Assembly: GCA_947628545.1 (NCBI GenBank)
Contig: CANRAJ010000003.1
Coordinates: forward strand, 1-35,073
From: an uncultured Bacilli bacterium
Lineage (GTDB): Bacteria > Bacillota_I > Bacilli_A > RF39 > UBA660
Reading direction: 5' to 3'
Length of the DNA stretch: 35,073 bases
Each line of letters opens with the position of its first letter. Positions within the stretch are counted from its first letter, which is position 1. The translations under genes and the position numbers were made by a program. The notes beneath the pieces are model-generated. The model made no database searches and was not told the DNA's origin. It worked only from the letters and a program-made list of their open reading frames with translations. Below are positions 28,108 through 35,073 of the stretch, one piece after another.

Positions 28108-28530
28108 ATGAATAATGTAAAAATAGACGGAAAAATTGTAGGTATTTCCAAACCTATTGGTAAAGAAGGTAATAAGTATTATTTTATAAAAATAAAACAA
28201 AGTAGAGTGTTCAATGAGGAAAAACATTCTACTTTTTTTGATGTGAAAGTATATAGTAATATTTTAAAAAAGCATAAAGAGTTATTTTTAGTTGATAAAA
28301 AGGTAATGATAGAAGGTAATTTAGACAGTTATTTTAAGGATGACAATTTAATAACATATATTGTTTTGGAAAAAATAAATGATAATTTTTACAATAAATT
28401 AGGTGATATTCTTTCTTATGATACAGATGGTACTATGCTATGGCATGGAAAAAGGTGTGATAAAGTCCCTATGAGTAATAAAGAAGAACAAGAATTAAAA
28501 GATTTGATTAAGGAAATAAGTGGAGGATAA
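28108..28530 (+). CDS. SSB-like OB-fold protein
   Basis: MNNVKIDGKIV...TFFDVKVY...KVMIEGNLDSY. Confidence 0.6.
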   Translation: MNNVKIDGKIVGISKPIGKEGNKYYFIKIKQSRVFNEEKHSTFFDVKVYSNILKKHKELFLVDKKVMIEGNLDSYFKDDNLITYIVLEKINDNFYNKLGDILSYDTDGTMLWHGKRCDKVPMSNKEEQELKDLIKEISGG

Positions 28531-28603
28531 GTATAAATTGTCAAGAAATGGCACTTTGTACTTTTTTAATTTTTTTAAAAATATATATTATAGAGAGGTT
28601 TAA

Positions 28604-28786
28604 ATGATAGAAAAAGAAATTATTAATAGTAGAGAAACTAATGATTTGCCAATTAAGTATAAACTATATGAAATTTTTCTTGCGATAAATGAATCTGCTT
28701 ATAATGAAGAAATAATTGATTATAACACCTTTGTAAAAGCACAGGATATTTTAATAAATTGGATGAAAAAAATATACATTAAATGA
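28604..28786 (+). CDS. 60-aa SHOCT-like small protein preceding LSR2 (candidate directionality factor)
   Basis: LAINESAYNEEIIDYNTF parallels LIINKKLYDKGVITEQQY of 533-691; same position relative to the LSR. Confidence 0.65.
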   Translation: MIEKEIINSRETNDLPIKYKLYEIFLAINESAYNEEIIDYNTFVKAQDILINWMKKIYIK

Positions 28787-28793
28787 TTTGCGT

Positions 28794-28829
28794 TTTATCC
28801 AAAAAAGTGCTACGCTTTTTTTGGATAAA
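28794..28829 (+). promoter_or_regulatory. Hairpin between the small ORF and LSR2 (possible attenuator)
   Basis: tttatccaaaaaag / ctttttttggataaa. Confidence 0.5.
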
Positions 28830-28857
28830 TCAATTCATTGAAAGGAGTTGATTTACC

Positions 28858-30579
28858 ATAGACATAATCAAAGCCAGAGAAGAAAGGAGAAATGGAAGAA
28901 CAATTTTCGATATGCCACTAAATGTGGTATATTATGCTCGTGTTTCGACGGATAAGGACGATCAATTAAATTCTCTTGAGAACCAATCTAAATATTTTGA
29001 GGATTATATATCAAATAATACAAGTTGGAATTATTGTGGCGCGTTTATTGACGAGGGAATAACTGGTACACAAACAAAAAATAGAAAAAATTTCTTAAAA
29101 ATGATTGATATTGCTACTTCTGGTAAAATAGACTTAATTTTAACAAAAGAAGTATCAAGATTTGCAAGAAATACAATAGATAGTTTGAGTTATACCCAAT
29201 ATTTATTAACAAAAGGTGTTATTGTTTATTTTCTATCAGATAATATAAACACGTTAGAAGAGGATTCAGAATTTAGACTAACTATGATGTCATCTCTTGC
29301 ACAAGATGAAGTTAGAAAGTTATCAGAGAGAGTTAAATTTGGTATGAATCAAAGTATAAAAAAAGGTAACATATTAGGTGGAAATATGTTAGGACTATTA
29401 AAGGTAGATAATGGTTATCAAATTATAGAAGAAGAAGCAGAAATGGTTAGAACATTATTTAATTTATACGCAACAGAGAAGTATGGATTTAGTGCTATAT
29501 CTAAAAAACTAGCAAAAATGGGTTACTTAACAAAAAAAGGTAAGCCATTTAGCACAACCTCATTAAGAGTTATTCTAACTAATCCAAAATACAAGGGATA
29601 TTATACAGCAAAAAAATCTTATGTTGAGGATTATAAAACGCATCGAAAGGTAACGATTTCAAAAGAAGAGTGGATATGTTACAAAGATCCAAGGATACCT
29701 ATTATAGTACCAGAAGAATTATGGAATTTATGTAATGAAATACATGATCGCAGAAATGAAAAGAAAAATAAGAATGTATTATCTAGACAAGATTTCATAG
29801 ATAAATCAAAGTATACATCTAAATTCATTTGTGCAGAATGTGGAGGCGTGTATTTTAGATGTTCGGGAGGAACTAGAAAGAATAATCCCAATTGGTGTTG
29901 TAGAAATTATAAACAACATGGTGTTAAATTTTGTGCTTCTCCTATACTATATGAAGATCAGTTAGATAAAATAATGAGCGATATTATAACTAATATAATA
30001 AAAAACAAAAAAAGGTATCTTGATACCTTGTTGAAAATGTATAAGGACTTAATATCGAAAAATGATATTAATGTAAATATTGATTCATACAAAGAAAAGA
30101 TTGATCACCAAAATACTATGAAAGATAAATTGTTAGAAATGTCTTTAAACGGACTAATTTCAGATGAAGAATTTAAAAGAAGAAATGAAAAATTTAATAG
30201 AGAAATCGGTGAATATGAAAAAGAAATTAGAAGTTTAAATCTTAAACAGGAAGACTTTGGCTATTATGAGAAAAAGGTAAAAACTATATCAGATTTTTTA
30301 AATACGAAATTTGATGTAAAAGAAAATATGAAATTGTTTGTTAATAAATTAATAAAAAAAGTCATTGTATCAAAAATTGATGGCGACAGAAAACACGTTA
30401 AACTTCATGTTATATTTGATTTTAATAATGAAGATTTGGACGTAGATGTTTTTCAAGAAAGAGATAGAAGATGTTGTTATAAACTAAAAATGGCAAATGG
30501 CAATGTCGAATCTATTTTTTTTGAACCAAGTTGTCCCCCGCTTACAATAAAGCAACCCTGGATTTGTAGAATTAGGTAA
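28858..30579 (+). CDS. Large serine recombinase (integrase of element 2); reads through attR; probable ATA start at 28858 (first ATG 28912)
   Basis: YARVST, DEGITGT, KEVSRFARN, NPKYKG, CAEC...C...C. Clearly paralogous to 703-2433. Confidence 0.93.
   Translation: MDIIKAREERRNGRTIFDMPLNVVYYARVSTDKDDQLNSLENQSKYFEDYISNNTSWNYCGAFIDEGITGTQTKNRKNFLKMIDIATSGKIDLILTKEVSRFARNTIDSLSYTQYLLTKGVIVYFLSDNINTLEEDSEFRLTMMSSLAQDEVRKLSERVKFGMNQSIKKGNILGGNMLGLLKVDNGYQIIEEEAEMVRTLFNLYATEKYGFSAISKKLAKMGYLTKKGKPFSTTSLRVILTNPKYKGYYTAKKSYVEDYKTHRKVTISKEEWICYKDPRIPIIVPEELWNLCNEIHDRRNEKKNKNVLSRQDFIDKSKYTSKFICAECGGVYFRCSGGTRKNNPNWCCRNYKQHGVKFCASPILYEDQLDKIMSDIITNIIKNKKRYLDTLLKMYKDLISKNDINVNIDSYKEKIDHQNTMKDKLLEMSLNGLISDEEFKRRNEKFNREIGEYEKEIRSLNLKQEDFGYYEKKVKTISDFLNTKFDVKENMKLFVNKLIKKVIVSKIDGDRKHVKLHVIFDFNNEDLDVDVFQERDRRCCYKLKMANGNVESIFFEPSCPPLTIKQPWICRIR
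30531..30557 (+). other. attR of element 2 (core AACC 30554-30557)
   Basis: ttgtcccccgcttacaataaa is inverted relative to 2682-2702; spoVD homology resumes at AAC CCT GGA TTT. Confidence 0.85.
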
Positions 30580-31417
30580 TCGTTTAGGAAAAGAAAAACT
30601 CTTTTCATACATTGATAAATTTGGTTTTGGTAAAAAAACTGGAGTTGACTTAAATGGAGAAGCTGAAGGAATAATATTTAATTTAGATAAAGTAGGTCCA
30701 GTAGAATTAGCTACTACTGCTTTTGGACAGGGTGTATCAGTTACTCCAATACAGCAAATAACCGCAGTATCAGCTGCTATAAACGGAGGCATATTATATA
30801 AACCATACATAGTAAAAAGTTTAAATGATCCAGAAACAAATTCGGTTATAAAAGAAAATAATAAAACAAAAGTAAGAAGGGTAATATCTAATGAAACATC
30901 AAAAGAAGTAAGAAGGGCTTTAGAAAGTGTTGTTACCAATGGTAGTGGAAAAAATGCTTTTATCGAAGGCTATCGTGTTGGAGGAAAAACTGGTACTGCT
31001 CAAAAAGTTGAAAACGGGGCATATTTAGTTGGAAATTATATTTTATCATTTATTGGTTTTTTGCCAGCAGATGATCCACAAATAGTAGTATATGTTGCTA
31101 TTAATAATCCTAAAAGAGTAGTTCAATATGGTGGGGTTGTATCAGCTCCTGTTGCAAAATCTATATTATTAGATTCCATTGATGCTTTAGGAATTAAAAA
31201 AAGAAATGTTTTAACTGAAAAAAAATATAATTGGAATGATAAGAAATATTATACGGTTGAAAATGTTATTGGAAAGACTCCTAAAGAGGCTGCAAAAATA
31301 TTATCAAAATATACGATTGAATATAGTGGTAGTGGTAATGTTGTAGTAGAACAATCACCAGAGGCTGGAACGAGGTTAGAAGAAACCTCAGTAGTTAGAT
31401 TAATGCTTGGTAATTAG
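30554..31417 (+). CDS. spoVD: C-terminal fragment of SpoVD (rest of the transpeptidase domain + PASTA)
   Basis: NPGFVELGNRLGKEKLF...VGPVELATTAFGQGVSVTPIQQ...GYRVGGKTGTAQK...PADDPQ...EQSPEAG. The track ORF 31061-31417 is only its tail. Confidence 0.95.
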   Translation, partial: NPGFVELGNRLGKEKLFSYIDKFGFGKKTGVDLNGEAEGIIFNLDKVGPVELATTAFGQGVSVTPIQQITAVSAAINGGILYKPYIVKSLNDPETNSVIKENNKTKVRRVISNETSKEVRRALESVVTNGSGKNAFIEGYRVGGKTGTAQKVENGAYLVGNYILSFIGFLPADDPQIVVYVAINNPKRVVQYGGVVSAPVAKSILLDSIDALGIKKRNVLTEKKYNWNDKKYYTVENVIGKTPKEAAKILSKYTIEYSGSGNVVVEQSPEAGTRLEETSVVRLMLGN

Positions 31418-31495
31418 TAAAATAAATATCAAGTAAGTATAAAAATATGTAAAAAAAAGAAAATATATAGTATAATTATATTTATAAATGAAGAG

Positions 31496-32497
31496 GTGAA
31501 AATAGTGTTTATATTAACAAAATCTTTATTAGCACTTATGATTGGATTTATTATATCAACTACAATTGGTTATTTTTTAATACCATTATTAAAAAAATTT
31601 AACGTAGGTCAAAGAATAAGTGTTTTTGTTGCAGAGGCTCATAAGAAAAAAAATGGTGTTCCAACGATGGGAGGATTAATATTTATTATTCCCACGTTCA
31701 TAACTGTTTTAATAATGTATTTTACTAAAAAAATTAATATTAATAGTAATTTACTTATCGTATTATTCGTTTTTGTTGCTTATGCTGTTTTAGGTGCGAT
31801 AGATGATATTATTAAACTTAAGCGTAAGCAAAATGAGGGTTTAACTGAAATACAAAAACTATTTGGCCAAGTAATAATCGCAATTGTATTTTTTTACATA
31901 TATATGAAAAGTGGTTCTGAACCATTGTTATGGTTTCATGCTTTTAATCTTAAGGTTAATGTTGGATGGCTTTACGGATTTTTCATATTATTTATGTTAG
32001 TTGCATCTTCTAATGCTGTTAATATAACAGATGGGTTAGATGGTCTTGCAGGTGGGTTATCATTTATAGCATCTTTAGTACTAGGTGTAATAACTTGGAC
32101 TACAAATTGGCTTTTAGGATATGAAGATATAGCGATATTTTGCTTTATATTATCAGGCTCAATTTTAGGATTTTTAGTTTATAATACGTATCCTGCCAAA
32201 GTAATTATGGGCGATACAGGTTCTCTTTGTTTAGGTGGTGTTTTAGCAACAATTGCAATATTAATTAGAAGAGAAATTACATTTGCTATTATAATGGGTG
32301 TGTTTGTAATAGAAACATTATCTGTTATTATTCAGGTATTTTCTGTTTTAGTATTTAAAAAGAAGGTATTTTTGATGACGCCTCTTCATCACAATTTTGA
32401 AAAATTAGGTTGGAAAGAGCAAGACATTGTAAAATTATTTTGGATATGTGGCCTTATTTTAGGTACCGCCGCATTAATATATGGTGCATGGCTTTAA
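31496..32497 (+). CDS. mraY: Phospho-N-acetylmuramoyl-pentapeptide transferase
   Basis: KNGVPTMGG, DD, SNAVNITDGLDGLA, MGDTGSL, PLHHNFE. Confidence 0.96.
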   Translation: MKIVFILTKSLLALMIGFIISTTIGYFLIPLLKKFNVGQRISVFVAEAHKKKNGVPTMGGLIFIIPTFITVLIMYFTKKININSNLLIVLFVFVAYAVLGAIDDIIKLKRKQNEGLTEIQKLFGQVIIAIVFFYIYMKSGSEPLLWFHAFNLKVNVGWLYGFFILFMLVASSNAVNITDGLDGLAGGLSFIASLVLGVITWTTNWLLGYEDIAIFCFILSGSILGFLVYNTYPAKVIMGDTGSLCLGGVLATIAILIRREITFAIIMGVFVIETLSVIIQVFSVLVFKKKVFLMTPLHHNFEKLGWKEQDIVKLFWICGLILGTAALIYGAWL

Positions 32498-32524
32498 ACA
32501 AATGATTTATTCATTTGTTTTTTT
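32496..32524 (+). terminator. Intrinsic terminator after mraY
   Basis: aaacaaatga-tttat-tcatttgttt followed by a T run. Confidence 0.7.
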
Positions 32525-32564
32525 ATATGTATATTTTAATTACTAAAAACAATATTTTATATCG

Positions 32565-32593
32565 TTCTTTTTTTATTAATACACGAATAATCT
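32565..32593 (+). promoter_or_regulatory. Possible sigma-E-type promoter of spoVE
   Basis: TTCTTT-15 bp-AATAATCT, a loose fit in AT-rich DNA. Confidence 0.25.
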
Positions 32594-32629
32594 TAATTAG
32601 TAAAGGTTATAGGAAAGGTGTGTTTATAC

Positions 32630-33622
32630 TTGAAAAAAAAGTTTGATATAACACTTTTTATAACAATAGTGTTGACCTCAATTTATGGAATAATTATGAT
32701 TTTTTCTTCTTCTAGCATATGGGCAGAATATAAATTTAATGATAAGTATCATTATGTAATTATGCAAAGTATATTTTTTTTAATAGGACTCATTTTAATG
32801 ATTATAATAAGTAAAATACCATATACCTATTATTTAAAGAAATCAAATATGATTCTTTTTATATGTTTTATTCTTTTAATATTAGTTTTAATTCCTGGAA
32901 TAGGGACAATTAGAAATGGATCTAGAAGTTGGTTTGGTATTGGAGGATTAGGTGTACAACCTAGTGAATTTATGAAGTTAGCTTTAATCATATTTACCAG
33001 TAAATATATTTATAATAATCCAAAAGATATGAGGTCTGTTGCTAAGGGTGCTTTACCTGTTTTAATTGTAACGATGATTGCTTTTGGCCTTATTATGCTT
33101 CAGCCCGACTTTGGTACTGGAACTATTTTAGTTATGACTATTATAGCTATGTTATTTATATCAGGTGTTAATTTTTCATTTTTTATAAAAATAGGATTAT
33201 TAGGCATGGTAGCGGTAGTATTATTAGTTTTAGCAGCGCCGTATCGTGTTAATCGTATAATCTCATTTTTAAATCCATGGAGTGACCCTTTAGGAACAGG
33301 ATTTCAAGCTATTCAATCATTATATGCAATAGGTCCTGGTGGATTATTTGGTTTAGGATTTGGAGGTTCTATTCAAAAGCATTTTTATTTACCAGAACCA
33401 CAAACTGATTTTATTTTCTCTATTATATCTGAGGAGCTTGGAATCTTTGGAATTATATCTGTTGCCTTTTTATTTCTAATCATAATATTAAGATGTACGA
33501 AAATATCAGTTAAAGCACCCGATATGTTTGCTAAGTTCTTAACTTTTGGAATAATATTTCAGCTTTCATTTCAAACTTTACTTAATTTGGCAGTAGTAGT
33601 AGGTTTAATACCAGTAACAGGG
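32630..33622 (+). CDS. spoVE: SpoVE/FtsW SEDS glycosyltransferase, interrupted before the last ~35 residues
   Basis: NGSRSW, QPSEFMK, LQPDFGT, PWSDPLGTGFQ, YLPEPQTDFIF, GLIPVTG, then unrelated YALLLYS* instead of xTLPFxSYGGSS. Confidence 0.9.
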
Positions 33623-34337
33623 TATGCCCTTTTGTTGTACTCATAACTACAATCAAATTTTTCCCTTATTATAAGGGCATTCGTGAGATTATAGTAACTA
33701 GTAAATTTTATCTAAAATCTTAAAATTTGAAAAAAATATTAAAAATAGCAAAAAAATTGCAACTTTTTTTAGGGGTTACTCTCTCATTACAACATTCAAA
33801 ATAAAGCGCTTGAGCTCTATAATTTGGAGGTTATTATGGTGAGCCATATCAAAGATTTAGATATTTAATAAAATATATTGAAAATTATTATCTTCTGTCA
33901 AAGAAAATGATTATATAAATTATCCTAAAGACCGGTATTTTAGAAAATACGAAATGTAAAAATACTTTGATTATTTTTGAAAAATTATATAATAAAAAGA
34001 AGAATAGTTATACCAAGTGACATAATAGAAAGTCTTAATATACAAAAACAAGATTATATTTAAGTATTAAAAAGCGAGATTAACGGAACAAAGGCTTAAA
34101 GAAAAAATAATAATTAGGGAAAAAATAGTTAGTAGTGATTATCTATCTAGTATTGGTAAGAGTAAATATTTAAAAAAGTAAAAAAGGTATGTTTGAATAA
34201 TTGAAATGTTAATTCCGATATTATTAATGATTGATTAAATAAATTATTTATTGAAACTAAAAACAATATTTTATTTAAAAATATTGTTTTTATGATAAAT
34301 TTCTAGTATAATATGTCTCAAAAATGTGGGGAAAATT

Positions 34338-35073
34338 ATGATAAATAGATTAGAATTAAAAGACGTATTACAAAACTATCTAAATCAGAAACAAGTTGAT
34401 TTATTCCTAAATAAAAAAATCAATACTTTATACAAGTTGGGAAATATTAATAATATTGAAAAAATATTAATTATACTGAATAAATACAAATTATTAAATT
34501 TAGTTTTACTTTGTCCTAGTATTTTAGCAGTAGGAAAAAGTAAAGAAATAGAAAATATTTTAAACATATTAGAAGAAAAAAATTTATTAGACTTAGTAAA
34601 TAAATGTCCTAGTATTTTAGCAAAAGGAAAAAGTGAAGAAATAGAAAATATTTTAAACATATTAAAAGAAAAAGATATAATAAGCCTAGTAAATAAATGC
34701 CCTAATATTTTAGCAGTAGGAAAAAGTGAAGAAATAGAAAATATTTTAAACATATTAGAAGAAAAAGATTTAATAGACTTAGTAAATAAATGTCCTAGTA
34801 TTTTAGCAAAAGGGAAAAGTGAAGAAATAGAAAATATTTTAAATTTATTAAAAGAAAAAAATTTATTAGATTTATTAAAGGACTGTCCAACTATTTTAGC
34901 AGAAGGAAAAAGTAAAGAAATAGAAGATATTTTAAATTTATTAAAAGAAAAAAATTTATTAGATTTATTAAAGGATTGTCCTAATATTTTAGCAGTAGGA
35001 AAAAGTGAAGAAATAGAAAATATTTTAAATTTATTAAAAGAAAAAAATTTATTAGATTTATTAAAGGATTGTC
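34338..35073 (+). CDS. Tandem-repeat helical protein (31-aa units, mTERF-like), 3'-truncated by the window edge
   Basis: ATG34338, open to the end; unit CPSILAxGKSEEIENILNILxEKNLLDLVNK. Confidence 0.8.
   Translation, partial: MINRLELKDVLQNYLNQKQVDLFLNKKINTLYKLGNINNIEKILIILNKYKLLNLVLLCPSILAVGKSKEIENILNILEEKNLLDLVNKCPSILAKGKSEEIENILNILKEKDIISLVNKCPNILAVGKSEEIENILNILEEKDLIDLVNKCPSILAKGKSEEIENILNLLKEKNLLDLLKDCPTILAEGKSKEIEDILNLLKEKNLLDLLKDCPNILAVGKSEEIENILNLLKEKNLLDLLKDC
34512..35073 (+). repeat. 93-bp tandem repeat, 6 full copies plus the start of a 7th
   Basis: Cys codons at 34512, 34605, 34698, 34791, 34884, 34977, 35070. Confidence 0.95.

Larger units (their letters stand above)
2680..30555. 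mobile_element. ~27.9-kb integrative conjugative element (element 2) interrupting spoVD at the SxN motif
   Basis: Flanked by the AACC core and attP-like inverted arms. Encodes T4SS ATPases, relaxase, SSB and LSR. Removal restores the spoVD frame. Confidence 0.9.
33621..35073. mobile_element. Probable left end of a third inserted element, interrupting spoVE
   Basis: Abrupt loss of homology at a conserved motif. Imperfect dyad (33593-33608 / 33635-33650, 10/16) centred on GG 33621-33622. Recombinase and right end not in the window. Confidence 0.6.

Noticed and set aside
28530-28600. Sigma-K/sigma-E promoter for the small ORF-LSR2 unit
   Set aside because: Only weak matches with wrong spacing in very AT-rich DNA; cannot be supported
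2680-30555. Prophage, or intron/intein explanation for the spoVD split
   Set aside because: No phage structural genes, reverse transcriptase or intein motifs; att-like ends and an LSR explain it
30484-30939. Minus-strand 151-aa ORF, and the other antisense ORFs (1917, 2163, 7103, 7227, 7430, 9154, 10081, 13125, 14033, 18663, 19034, 20374, 28012, 29679, 34385)
   Set aside because: Shadows of well-supported plus-strand genes
31061-31417. 118-aa PASTA protein as its own gene
   Set aside because: Only the tail of the spoVD piece that is open from 30554
33820-34250. Coding region after the GGAGG at ~33826
   Set aside because: Multiple stops in the frames I traced; at most a decayed remnant
34512-35073. 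CRISPR array
   Set aside because: Contiguous 93-bp in-frame coding repeats without unique spacers; no cas genes

Overview
Very AT-rich Firmicutes (Bacilli-like, standard genetic code) window covering a reduced dcw/sporulation locus (spoVD-mraY-spoVE) whose two sporulation genes are broken by inserted DNA. spoVD is split into at least three pieces. (i) The N-terminal part lies upstream of the window. (ii) A ~174-bp internal piece (~2507-2680, TFKIITLAAAL...VVENSCN) sits between two large-serine-recombinase (LSR) elements. (iii) The C-terminal piece (30554-31417, NPGFVELG...KTGTAQK...PASTA) follows. Element 1 (only its right end is visible, 1-~2506) is inserted at the catalytic S-x-x-K motif. 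Element 2 is a complete ~27.9-kb conjugative element (VirB4, VirB6-like, VirD4, MobL-type relaxase, SSB, M23 hydrolase, Cna-B adhesin plus sortase, Y-family polymerase, cargo, LSR) inserted at the S-x-N motif, with a shared AACC core at 2678-2681 and 30554-30557. Precise excision restores ...NSCNPGFVE... in frame. The attachment site lies inside the 3' end of the element-2 recombinase gene, so circularisation would fuse the recombinase in frame to the start-less ORF at the element's other end (2686-3225). spoVE is cut at the conserved PVTG|xTLP motif (~33622) by a probable third insertion that carries a 31-aa tandem-repeat (mTERF-like) protein. All gene calls come from motif recognition by eye, and no searches were run.
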